A stretch of 63,932 nucleotides of DNA, filler included, from Neolecta irregularis DAH-3 (taxonomy: Eukaryota), in assembly GCA_001929475.1 (NCBI GenBank). It is 5 parts of 5 records of this genome, joined end to end, with 100 filler letters (N's around TTAATTAATTAA, not from the genome) between each part and the next. Parts side by side here need not be neighbours in the genome. Positions count along the whole stretch, not along the records: positions 40,602 to 61,145 come from LXFE01001054.1; positions 61,246 to 62,705 come from LXFE01001076.1; 3 more parts are not named here. The stretch is one strand, 5' to 3'. The first letter of the stretch is position 1, and each line of letters begins with the position of its first letter. The translations under genes and the position numbers were made by a program. Below are positions 48,924 to 61,587 of the stretch, one piece after another. The notes beneath the pieces were generated by a model. The model did not search any database and was not told the DNA's origin. It saw only the letters and a program-made list of their open reading frames with translations.

Positions 48924-51900
48924 ATGGCCTCTTGGAACTCGCGTCACCAGGACACAAATATCAGTTCATTTGGAACCTTGGACGAAGACGACGACCGCCA
49001 TAGCTTTCCCAGTTCGCAAGACCCTACTATTCTTGATCCGTTCGCTTCTTCAAACCTTGACCGTCAGTCTACGTCCTACGATAAATTTACGAACGGTCAC
49101 AACATGTCTTCTGGTCGGCAGCCCGAATCAGGGTCCTATAGCGTATATTATGACGACGACAATGATGAGGGAGGACTGCTTTTTCACGATGCCTCCGTCA
49201 AGAATATACCATCAGCCCAAAATCGGAATGTCGCCACTCGTATGTCGGGCATGCGTGGGCTAGTCGATAAAGCCAAGGGCCTTGCTGGCTATTCCACCAA
49301 CGCTGTACCAGGTAGCGAAATGGATTTGCCTCTAACTCAAATATCGACACGGAAAACATTGGATGACGGACTTCCTCAGAGAACGAGGCGAAGAAGGTTT
49401 GATATCTCCAGCTTCAAATTCGGAAAATCTGCACCTAATCCCGAAAATATGGGACCCAGAGTTATTCATCTTAACAATGCATCTTCAAATGCCGCCTATA
49501 AATATGTCTCTAATTACGTCTCCACAGCGAAGTACAATGTTGCGACCTTTCTCCCAAAATTCCTGCTCGAACAATTTTCAAAATATGCGAACCTATTTTT
49601 CTTGTTTACTTCAGTAATTCAGCAATTTCCCGGAGTCTCTCCCACAAATCGATGGACGACAATTGGACCTCTTACTCTAGTTTTGATCGTGTCGGCATTC
49701 AAGGAACTCGTTGAAGATTTAAAGCGCCATAATCAGGACACTGAACTGAATAGGTCCAAGACCTATGTGCTCGAAGGATCTGCTTTTGTGGAGAAGAAAT
49801 GGGTAGAAGTAAGAGTGGGAGACGCCGTTCGAGTAAGCTCAGAAGAACCTTTTCCTGCGGATTTGGTATTGATTGCATCGTCGGAACCTGAAGGGCTTTG
49901 TTACATCGAAACAGCAAATCTCGACGGAGAAACTAATCTTAAAATCAAGGAGGCTCGACCCGAGACTGCAAATCTTGTCAGCCCTCACGATCTCTCCAGA
50001 TTGACTGGCAAAGTCCGGTCAGAACATCCGAATAACAGCCTATATACCTATGAAGCTACCCTGACATTAGATATTGGAGGCGGTCAAAAGGAGATTCCTC
50101 TAAACCCTGATCAATTGTTACTCCGAGGAGCTACTCTGAGAAATACAGCCTGGATATACGGTATTGTTGTTTTTACTGGCCATGAATCCAAACTGATGCG
50201 GAACGCTACGGCCACACCGATAAAACGGACGGCCGTTGAGAAAATCATCAACATACAAATCATCTTTTTGTTTGCCATGCTCATTACACTTTCCTTGGCT
50301 TCTTCAGTAGGTTCTCTCATTCGCGACGTATATCTCCGCTATGATCTCTCTGCTGAGATATTAGTCTGTCTATCAGAACCAACTTGCTTACTTGGCTTTG
50401 AATCGTAGCAACAGAATCACCGAATTCTTTCTCAACATTCTTACGTTTTGGATTCTATATTCGAACTTGGTACCTATCAGTTTGTTCGTTACCGTAGAAG
50501 TAGTCAAATACTACCAGGCGTTTCTTATCAATGGGGATTTGGATATGTACTATAAGGAAACCGATACACCGGCAGTATGTCGCACATCAAGTTTGGTCGA
50601 GGAACTTGGACAAATCGAATATATATTCTCCGATAAGACGGGAACTCTTACATGTAATATGATGCAATTTCGACAAACCTCGATCGGAGGAATAGCCTAC
50701 GCGGATGAAGTCCCAGAAGACAGACAACCAACAGATATTCACAGTGAAGATGGAGTATTCGATTTCAAAAGACTGGCTGAGAATTTACAGAACCATTCTA
50801 CGAAAGAAGTAATGCACGAATTTCTCGTTCTGTTGGCTACATGCCACACTGTCATTCCTGAACGTAAAGACGAAAAACCGGACGAAATTATCTATCAGGC
50901 TGCTTCCCCTGACGAAGGTGCACTGGTTGAAGGCGCTGCTCTGTTAGGATATAAATTCACCACCCGCAGACCAAAATCTGTTACGATTAACGCAAATGGT
51001 CAAGAACTAGAATATGAAGTTCTGAATATTTGTGAATTCAACTCTACGCGCAAAAGAATGTCAGCCATTCTACGTTGTCCTGATGGAAAGGTGCGTATTT
51101 ACTGCAAGGGTGCCGATACCATGATTCTTGAAAGACTAGCGAAGGATAATCCATACACTGAACAGACTCTGCGACATCTTGAGGTGAAATCTTCGATCTT
51201 CCTATACTTATAAAGCAGGACTACGCAACCGAAGGTCTTCGAACATTATGTCTCGCCTCTCGTGAGATCCCGGAAGACGAATATCAAACATGGGCACAGC
51301 TATTCGAGAAAGCCGCGACCACTATTAACAATAGGAGTGAAGAACTCGACAAAGCTGCTGAATTGATTGAGAAAGAACTATTTCTTCTTGGAGCCACAGC
51401 TATAGAAGATCGGTTACAAGATGGTGTTCCTGATACAATCCATACCTTGCAGACTGCCGGGATTAAGATCTGGTATCCGTTAGAATGGTTACATCTGTTA
51501 ATTCTCTAGGGTTCTCACAGGCGACCGTCAAGAGACAGCCATCAATATAGGCATGAGTTGCAAGCTTATCGGCGAGGATATGAGCTTAATTATCATTAAT
51601 GAAGAGTCAAAGGAAGCTACTCGTGAATTTATTTCTCACAAGCTCTCGGCTATAAGATGTCAAAACCTTGGTGGACTCGAGATGGAAGCCCTTGCTTGTG
51701 TCATTGATGGAAAATCGCTTGCATTTGCGCTTGAGAGAGATCTTGAGAAAATGTTTTTGGATTTGGCTGTTTCGTGTAAAGCGGTCATCTGCTGGTATAT
51801 GGACAACTTCAGCTGTTGTTAACCTTCGCAGTCGTGTATCACCTCTGCAAAAAGCTCTCGTGGTGAAACTCGTTAAGCGTCATATGAAAGCCATTTTGCT

Positions 51901-53173
51901 CGCAATTGGAGACGGCGCGAACGATGTCAGTATGATTCAGGCAGCCCATGTCGGTGTCGGTATTAGCGGTATGGAAGGTCTGCAGGCTGCGCGAAGCGCT
52001 GATGTTGCAATCGGCCAGTTCAGATATCTTCGGAAACTCCTGCTCGTTCATGGCGCTTGGAGTTATCAACGTCTCAGCAAACTTATCCTGTATTCGTTTT
52101 ACAAGAATATTGCCCTATATATGACTCAATTTTGGGTATGTCCCAACTTACTCTATCTCCTTTAATTGTTGAGTTTGCATTCCAAAATGGCTTTTCTGGT
52201 CAGGTTATCTACGAGTCTTGGACTATTACTTCCTACAACGTCTTCTTTACTGTGCTACCTCCATTTGTTATTGGTGTCTTCGATCAGTTCATCAGTGCCC
52301 GCCTCCTAGATCGATACCCTCAGCTTTATCAACTTTGTCAGAAAGGCGTTTTCGTATTCCCCATGCGATGATTTTCATCACTGAAATATTCTAGTTCAAT
52401 GTAAGAAGCTTTTGGGCATGGGTTTTAAACGGCTTTTATCATTCTCTAATTCTGTACCTTGCCTCAATCTTGATTTTTGCAGACGACCTGATTGAGAGCA
52501 ATGGCTTAGTTGCTGGGCAATGGGTTTGGGGCACCACGCTGTATACAGCGGTGTTAGCTACGGTCCTTGGAAAAGCCGCTCTCGTTACAAAGTCGATCCC
52601 ATTCTTGTCAACTTTACTGACATTCAAGTTTGTGGACAAAGTGGACCTATCTTGCTATACCTGGTTCCCTAGTGCTCTGGCTAGGGTTGCTTCCTCTTTA
52701 TGCGTCCATTGCACCAGCTATCGGGTTTTCGACCGAATATCGCGGCATTGTTCCTCATCTCTATGGGTCAATTGTCTTCTGGGGCACGTGGATTGTTTTG
52801 CCTGTCCTTTGTCTTCTTCGAGACTTTGCGTGGAAATAGTACAACCCTTTTCCCACCAGGGATTCTGATTATTTAAGCACCAAACGAATGTATTACCCCG
52901 AGTCATATCATCATATCCAAGAGATCCAGAAATTCAACGTTGCCGATTATCGGCCGAGGTTTTTCCATAGGATTATGTATTCTGATGAATAGGATGGAGC
53001 AGTTCCAGAAAGCTATTCGTAAAGTCCGGCAAGTACAACGAATGCGAAAACAACGCGGTTATGCGTTTTCCCAAGCCGACGAGGGGCAAGCCAGACTTAT
53101 CCGTGCATACGACACAACTCAGAGCAGAGGAAAATATGGCGAAGTCCGTCGAGATTCTATGCAATTTTCGTAG
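48924..53173 (+). CDS. DRS2: P4-ATPase phospholipid flippase Drs2
   Basis: [63 protein letters not shown] and the C-terminal RGYAFSQ motif. Confidence 0.96.
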
Positions 53174-53949
53174 CAAAGGTAGAGAGGATGGAGTTAGGGT
53201 TCACTGTTGCGGTTATGTCTTTCCTTGTTTCTTCCTTTATTTCTTCCTTTATTTTTCTTCGTGGTTAACAGGTTTATCTAAATTCTTCACCTTAAATATT
53301 TGGTAAATTCTCGGTTGTTTTTGATTGGATGACCTTTATTAAGCAGTCATTATCTTCTTTAGTGGTTCTGCTCAATATGGGAATTATGATTGAACGAACC
53401 TTGCGCCGCTTACAACAGAATCCCTTCAAGTGAATGAGAACTTCTGCATTGAAGGTCTCGAAATGCAGTTATTTTATTGAAACTTTGACAGAATTGAACA
53501 AATCTACACCCAACGTCATATTCCGAACCATAGTCAACATTTCCACGATCGTTCTCCACTGTTATTGCTCACGGTTCATTCGAAAGATAAGAACCTCATC
53601 TTTCAAAAAGAAGGATGCAGAAGGGCTGAAACGAAAACAATACAAACGTAATGACTTCAAGGTCAGGCATTCAATTTGAGCTTACCTAGGCTAGTTCTAA
53701 GAAACTATAGGAACAAAATACTGATTGAATAATGAGTAATATTGGAAAGGAAGGCCTCTTACGCAGAGAGACAAAAGAGAGATTCGCTCGAGAGCTAGAG
53801 ACTCTCACTGCGGTACAAGGTTCAACAGAATACTGAAGAGTGAAAGAGACACCAAAGAACCAATAAACACCAGATGCCGAAATATTTGACCGTCATCGCC
53901 GAATGCAAATTTCGTTGCAGAATTCTTTTTATCCCTGTAACGGTTTGTT

Positions 53950-56072
53950 TCATGATGAGTCCATAGGGTCGCCTACTAGCTCCTCACTGAATTCTTGAGG
54001 GGAAAAGTCTATCACTTCCATACATGTGCGACCTTGACGGGAAGCCAAAATTACTGCCTTTTCTTCTTCGAATGCTACTCTCCATACTGAATCAGACGGT
54101 TGACAAAGATCACGGATTAACATGCCGCCCTGAAGATCCCAGATCTAGAAACAGTTAGAAAGAATATATTTCTCAAAGTAAAGATTATGCCTTGACGCGA
54201 CCATCGCTTCCTCCGCTGACGATCCGCTTATCGTCGAATTGCAATGAAGTAACGCTGTTGTCGTGGGCAGCGAGACGATGCACACAAGACATCTTTTCCA
54301 AATTCCAAACTCGAACGGAACCGTCCGAACCACCAGTGACCATAGTAGGATACCGAAGTTGGAGCTGACCAACTAAACTTGTATGGCCTTGAAGCACGGA
54401 CAAACAGTTTCTTCGATTAGAAAAGCTGAATCGAGATAGGGGAATATACCCGGTAGAAGCCTCCCAGATTCTCACAGTAGTATCCAAGCTTCCGGTTGCG
54501 ATGTGTGCTCCATCAAATGCAACCGCGTAGATTTGGCTGTAATGTCCCTGCAGGGTACGGAGGCAAGTACCAGTACTTACACTCCATATCTTAGCAGTGG
54601 TGTCATAGCTCCCGCTAACGCAGAGGTCTCCGAAAATATCAAGACATCGGACACTAGCTTGATGGCCGACTAGAACATGGGTACAGATACCTCTTTCGAT
54701 ATCCCACACTCGAAGGGTGGTATCTCGAGAACCTGAAACCACAGTAGTGGTATTGCTCATCTTGAGGCATCTTACTGTTGAAGTATGACCACGGAGGATG
54801 TACTTGCAATTTCTACAAGATTAGCAGGGAGTCTAGAAGGCTTTCGTGCCCCGATGGTAGATCCCAGACTCTCATATCTCGATCGCAACCTCCACTAACC
54901 AACGTTTCGTCACAATGAACCATGGCCCACACACCGTTTTCATGGCCTGACAAAGTTCGAATAAAACAACCATCGGCGGAAAAGAGATGAATTTTGGCAT
55001 TATCAAGTGCCACGATTATGTACTTTGCTGTGAGGTGTAATGAGGTTACGACGCCCTGATCATTGGTAATATGACGAGCAACAGTTCTGCCACCCACCTT
55101 CCAAGCTTGATCGACCATATATCTTTGTCTAAAATGCGATTTATAGGACGTTGGCTTTGCTTTGAACGGGGAATGTCCGGCAGGAACTGGCGCGATTCCT
55201 GGAGGAGCAGAAAAATAAGATGCGTGGGAAAGTATTGACTGGGGTGCTATTGGCGAGGTGGGCATTGGAAATAGAGTGCTCAAACGTCGATATCGGTGCT
55301 TATTGCAGAGGTTTTTCCAGGTAAGGTCATCGTTGACTAGAGCGTACCAGTGCTTGGACACCTGGGAGGCTCGGGCAAGGGTTTTGGGGTCTTCGACATG
55401 AGACAAAATCTATCAATGTAAGAATGTTTTCGAACGAATGCATACTCTCAGTCCTAATTCTATGGGCAAGTTCTTGAGGAAATCTTTCTTGAGTCTGGGT
55501 GCCACAAATGCAGAGACGAACGAGAGTTGTTCCGTGTCGCAGATATTGAGAAGCTCTGCGAGGAACCGCTGGCGCTCTGCCGATGTAAGTTTGACAAAAT
55601 GCTGGCGGGCTTGTCGAAGATAGGAATCCTCGTTTTCGTTTACGGCGGACCAGGTGGGCAGGACGCCCTGGAATTCGACTGGGCGCGGGGAAGGCGCAGG
55701 GGTAGGCAGGTCTTTCTCCTTGTGCGGCAGCGGAATGATAGGCATGTCGCCGACCAGCGCATCGCTGAGCTCCGTCAGATCAACGTCGAGCTCGGGCGGA
55801 GTTGGATGCGATCGCTGTTTATTCATGTTGTTGCGGGCGGAGCGGGCCTGGAGCAGCGACGAGGCGACAGAAGCCGCTTTGGCTGACACAGAATAGCCTG
55901 GACCGGCAGAAGCAGACGAAAACAACGACGCCGACTGTTGCTGGTGGTGGTTATGGTGCCCGAGAACAGAGGCCGAGGAGGGTCTGCTGGATGGACTGGG
56001 CGGGTTTGTGTTTACGACCTGCACCGGCTGCGCGTTTTGATTCGGAGGCGGTGTAAGGATGCGATCAGTCAT
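53950..56072 (-). CDS. F-box/WD40-repeat SCF substrate receptor (Cdc4/SEL-10 class)
   Basis: Dimerisation region plus F-box LKKDFLKNLPIELGLR|ILSHVEDPKTLARASQVSKHW, followed by WD40 repeats (SGSRDTTLRVWD, SGSYDTTAKIW, TGSLDTTVRIW). Confidence 0.9.
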
Positions 56073-56349
56073 CGTATGCCGCAAGCAAAAGTATATACCG
56101 GAGGGAGAAATTCAGGAAAGGAGAAGGCACCGCAAATGGCTTTGGCTGGGAGAAGGCCGGTCTCGGATCGGATGGTGGTGGAGGACAATGTTGTCGGGCG
56201 CCACAACCCGTGATGCGAGGTCTCGGAATGCGTTTGGCAATTATTACTCGTTGATAGCTAAAACAACACCCAAAAGAGATCCAAGATACAGAAACCTGCC
56301 CCAATAGCGCCTATTTACAATGGGCAGGACAAAAGAAGCACATCCAAAA

Positions 56350-57806
56350 CTACCCACCGGATGCGAATATATCGACCAGGATATTCGCGACTGCAATCAG
56401 AATCTCGGCTGCAATCAGAAAAATAACTATGGTCAGAAAAACATCAATATGGCGAGACCTACCAATCCATTCAAGGTATTCTCCATGCGAATGCGCCATC
56501 TACAGCTGTCAGCATCAAGCGTGTCAAAAGGCAAATTCTGACCTGTTCCTTTAACATCGACAACAAATCAGATATCACTTGCACTCGCTTGAAAGTAAGT
56601 ATGGACTTGACAATTGCTGCATGCCTGATTCAGTAATGATACGCGCTGATTGATTTCCAAATATGATCTTGCCGCCTGGTACACAGGCTCAAGTTGCGGT
56701 TCTGACCACATCAACTAAATCGTCAGAACCGGAAACGATAATTGCACCTGCCTCGGGCGAATCAACAACCGAGCTGACAAGATTGATATCGTTTACATAA
56801 GTCTTGTTGTAGAGAAGGAGGGGACTCACTAATTCGAAGAATAAATAGTTCACCCACACTCATCATGATCTTCTTTCGACTCATATTCACCTTACCGGTA
56901 TCAGCTAACCGTTGCGGAATGTCCTTTGTAGCTTCAATAGTATCATCAATAAGCTCCTCAAACAACGAGATCTTGTATCAGAACATACTGGAAATTCTAT
57001 AAACCTTGACAGACTGCGCAATCGCGTGCGATATCGATAATTTTACCATGTAGTGAGAGCCATCGCGCAAAGTAATAAAGTCATTGTATATCTCTAGTCA
57101 GGACAGCCCAACAATAAAATACCCTTGGTTGATACAACTGTGTGACGTAGTAATTAAATTCTTCCACTTCGACATCCTCTTCGGCTGATTTCATTAGCCT
57201 AGTTCCTCTGCTTATTGGAACTACCCAATTTTTCGACTTCAAATTTCTGGATCTCTTTGAGGAATCGCTTTTCTTCATTGACAGACATACTCCAAAATAC
57301 TATGACCCCGTACTCGAAAATAAAAACTTCTGGTGTGATTGTTTTCATAGAAGGGAAGGAGAGATCTCGTTCCTCGCCTGGATCTTCAAGTTCTAATAAA
57401 TCGACAGAGCGTTGGGGGTCTTCCCCAGTATAAGTGTAAGGACTATATATGCTTTTTGTCAAGCGTTTATCCTGCACTTGGGTCAAACCATTCATCAAAC
57501 TGTTTCGGCAATGTTCCATTTGATTTATATCTTGATTGTAGAAATGTGAACATAGCATCCATCCGGTAATTCGAAGCAGTACAGTAAGCAGTGACACGAG
57601 GCAGCATAGCCCGCTCGGCCTTTCCCAGCCGTTCAGCATCTCGTCTGGCAGTAGTATCGGTTATCTGAACCGCTGGAGCAAACGAATCTTCAGGGAGAAG
57701 CTTCAACTTCTGGGCAGTCTACTTGATCAACAAATGAACCTCAATATCTGCTAACCTTCGATGTCCTCTGAGGCAGCGAAAGGCGCTTCTCTCGGGGACT
57801 TGTCAT
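56350..57806 (-). CDS. RMD1: Rmd1/Sif2-like DUF155 protein
   Basis: LPRVTAYCTA, EVFIFEYGVIVFW, KLSISHAIAQSVK|ISLFEELI and HGEYLEWI|VIFLIAAEI. Confidence 0.88.
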
Positions 57807-57933
57807 TCTCGAATATTAGAAGTGCGTCAACACGGAATCGCACAAGTTGAGGTTTGGGCTGAGACATGATTTCGTGTTCCCGATTTCACCCTCCACCGGA
57901 AAATTTCTTTCAATCTCCTAAATATCCTATAGA

Positions 57934-60187
57934 ATGAAATACGTAATTGTTTCCGGAGGTATAGCGACTTTAGACTTGCTCTTGCTGACTAATTTCAAGG
58001 TGTTATCAGCGGCATTGGCAAAGGCGTTATCGGTACGAGAAATATTTCAAGCTGGATGGTGTATAACCTATAAAGCGTCGTCGACGGGATTACTCCTCAA
58101 AACTACAGGCCTAAAGATTTGTGATTCGTTCTGCAACAATGACTGATCATATTACGTTTCCGCGATCAAAGTTGATCCTTATATGAACATCGACGCGGGA
58201 ACCATGAGTCCTCTGGAACACGGTATCATTGGAACTCAAAAGGATATGTTGGCTTATTTATAGGTGAAGTTTTCGTTCTGAATGATGGCGGAGAAGTCGA
58301 CTTGGACCTTGGAAACTACGAAAGATATCTTAATATCACCTTAACGAGAGATAACAACATCACGACTGGCAAGATTTATATTCAAGTCATAGAAAAAGAG
58401 GTACATGGCTATTGTTTCCATGTTTTAACTGTCCTAGAGGAAAGGAGCTTATCTCGGAAAGACTGTTATGGTTGTACCTCACATCACAAATGAAATTCAA
58501 GACTGGCTCGAGCGAGTTGCGAAAATTCCTGTTGACGACACCGGAGAAGTTCCGGATGTTTGTATCATTGAAGTATTCTGTTTCTGTAACACTTTGATAT
58601 TGATTAATAGCTTGGAGGAACGGTTGGTGACATCGAGGCTGCGCCTTTTGTTGAAGCAATGCGCCAATTCCAATTCCGTGTTGGTCATGAAAATTTTGCC
58701 TTGATTCACGTCTCGCTCGTTCCTATCGTAGGAGGTGAGCAGAAAACTAAACCAACGCAAGTCGCTATCAGAGACCTCCGCGGACTCGGGTTAACTCCCG
58801 ACTTAGTATGTTGATCCAACGTGTTACCAATTGATACGTCTAGATTGCTTGTCGATGCCCGAAACCATTAGAAAAAAGCGTTATCGACAAAGTTTCCATG
58901 TTTTGCCATGTTGGTCCCGAGCAAGTACTTGCCGTTCACGATGTTTCATCTACCTACCATGTCCCACTCCTATTAGAACAGCAGAACCTCGTCCGATTCT
59001 TAACCAAAAGACTCAATTTACAACCTAATTCAATTCCAGATTCCTTGAAAGCAACTGGTAGCAACCTGTGGGGAAGATGGAAGGAGCTTACTATTGCGTA
59101 GGCTATAAAATTACGAGACTATTCTAACTGCAGACACGATCGCTTGTTTGGAGAGGTCAAGATTGCTTTAGTTGGAAAATACGTCAATCTTCAAGATTCC
59201 TACATCAGTGTCGTTAAATCTCTTGAGCATGCCTGCCTTAAAGTTGGAAAGAAGCTTAGTTTGGATTGGGTCGATGCTTCAGATTTGGAAGTAGAAATGA
59301 ATTCTGAGAACCCACAAAAATACCACAAAGCTTGGCACGCGTTATGTTCTGCCAAGTATACTCTTACTATAACGAAGCTAGCGTAACATTTTAGTGGTGT
59401 TCTTGTCCCTGGTGGATTCGGAACTCGTGGTACTGAGGGAATGATTGCCGCGGCCAAATGGGCTCGCGAAAATAAGAAACCGTATCTTGGAATCTGTCTC
59501 GGTCTTCAAATCGCGGTTATTGAATACGCTCGGAATGTGTGTGGAATCCAAGGTTTGTCACATCTTTTCTTGTCATATGAGAGCACTACCCCATCGGCCT
59601 AACGCCTGCTCAAATCCAGAATTTACGAAATTAGTCTAGATGAACCATCTCATATGACAACGACTCTTATGTTCTTTAGCTGATTTAATTTAGGGGCACA
59701 TTCGGAGGAACTAGTGTCAGGAATAGAAAATAAACTAATTGTCTTCATGCCAGAAATCAGCAAGACACATCTTGGAGGAACAATGAGACTAGGTCTGCGA
59801 CTCACTCTCTTCCAGCCAGATGCCGAAAATTGCAAGATGCGCAAGTCATTATCTCGTCTTTCATACTAATGTTTAGGCCAGCTATATGGCTCTTCTACCA
59901 TTCATGAACGACATCGGCACAGATATGAAGTAAACCCCGACTACGTTGACAGGATCGAACAAGCTGGACTTCGGTTCGTAGGTCGAGATGAAGAGAACAA
60001 ACGAATGGAAATTTTCGAGTTGAACTGTCATCCTTGGTATGTAGGCACTCAGTATCACCCCGAGTATTTGACTCGACCTCTGGATCCAAGCCCCCCATAT
60101 TTTGGGTTTATTGCCGCTAGCGCCGGTGTCTTGGATGAAATTCTTTCAAATATTCAGAAACGACCGAATGGAATACATAAAATCTAG
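57934..60187 (+). CDS. URA7: CTP synthase (about 11 introns)
   Basis: [63 protein letters not shown] (glutaminase Cys), [10 protein letters not shown] and QYHPEY. Confidence 0.97.
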
Positions 60188-60812
60188 GCATCTTGTTTGG
60201 GTTTGCTGACCCACATTGTAGGATATGTTCAATAGTGCTAAATTGTCGCTAGGTTTACATTTACATTCTCTTTTATGTAGAGGGCTGGCCATATTCTCGA
60301 ATTGATTTGTATTTGTGCTGGATAGCAATCCCATCAGCTTGTCGCACGCAGGATGTAGTTGTAGATTATTCGAGAGTTCTGACATGATTTGGATAGAACG
60401 AAATAAACGATTCTCAGATTCATTGTTTGGGTGGGTAGAGCATTATCCGCCGAGTCTTACATAGAGGTCGCTACAGGTTACTAATAGGAAAACAGAAATA
60501 CCCATGTCACTTGAACAATGGCCACATCAGTTGAAAAGACTAGATAATATTCTCCAAAATATCACGTGTATCATTTTAGAATAGACGATCAGGTGAAAAA
60601 TGTTTTGTACCACACTGAACTAGATACATCATGATATATATAAAAAATACCAGAAAAGCTAATCAATCTAACTCCCTAGAAGAGTATTTTGATCACATGT
60701 ATAGGATCGTCTAGACCAGCCTATGGTCTACTTAGACCGACCGGACAAGGGTCTTCGATTATGAACACCCCTTAGGATTATATACATAATTGAAAAGGTT
60801 TGATGATGCTTC

Positions 60813-60897
60813 GGTCGTGTGGATCAGTGGTTAGATCATGTCCTTCACAATTTAATGCACACGGACAGGGTCAAGGGTTCGAACCCCTTCTCGACCT
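60813..60897 (+). tRNA. tRNA-Val(CAC) with ~12-nt intron
   Basis: Acceptor stem GGTCGTG/CTCGACC, D-arm GATC/GATC, anticodon stem TGTCC/GGACA with TT-CAC-A followed by the intron, T-arm AAGGG-TTCGAAC-CCCTT, then a poly-T Pol III terminator. Confidence 0.9.
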
Positions 60898-61145
60898 TTT
60901 TTCCTATCGAGAGTTCGATTGTTATCAATCATATAGTGCAACCTGATTCAGGTTATCAAACATACTTGATTGGTACAAGTATATCAAACAGTTCTTATAT
61001 ACTTGACTGGTATATTTCTGTCAGACTGATACATAGATCAACAAATAGCACAATAATAATCAATCCACCTTATAGATTGACTCCCTCTCCCACTATCCCG
61101 TCCGAAAAGACGTCCTTGTATTCACAACAATCGTTAACTTATCGA

Positions 61146-61245
61146 NNNNNNNNNNNNNNNNNNNNNNNNNNNNNNNNNNNNNNNNNNNNTTAATTAATTA
61201 ANNNNNNNNNNNNNNNNNNNNNNNNNNNNNNNNNNNNNNNNNNNN
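61146..61245. other. Assembly gap
   Basis: N-run with the TTAATTAATTAA linker. Confidence 0.95.
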
Positions 61246-61429
61246 GGGATTTTAGCGCTAATTTCATCGAATGCAGATTCAGAGAGAACGCCCGAGTCGA
61301 CTAGAAATGCTAGATCCTGAAATTAAAAGTGATGTGAAGGAGTGTACGGTATGGATGTTTGCAAGGACTTTGTTGATGTAGAGTTGTTCAGTATTGTTGT
61401 TCATGGCTGTTGGTGGGAGGATACAACCC

Positions 61430-61565
61430 GTGACGTTCGCACGTGTCCGATGTTTGTCACGTGTCTGACGTTCAACGTTCAGCACGTGTCCGACGTCCGC
61501 ACGTGTCACACTTTCAGCGTCCGACGTTCGCACGTGTCCGACGTTCAGACGTTCAGACGTTCGTG
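61430..61565. promoter_or_regulatory. Array of CACGTG (E-box) / GACGTT repeats immediately upstream of the dynein LIC gene
   Basis: Five CACGTG copies in cacgtgtc(c/t)gacgt(t/c)c-type units, ending about 25 bp before the ATG at 61588. Confidence 0.5.
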
Positions 61566-61587
61566 GAGTGGAGATACATCATTCGCC

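Noticed and set aside
58144-58146. Selenocysteine or readthrough TGA in CTP synthase
   Set aside because: Readthrough would insert 13 residues into a highly conserved segment; an AT-AC intron of typical size with a branch motif explains it better.
59553-59693. TPP riboswitch in the long CTP synthase intron
   Set aside because: The conserved TPP core motifs (CUGAGA and the ACCUGA...UAAU...GCG..GG segment) are absent.
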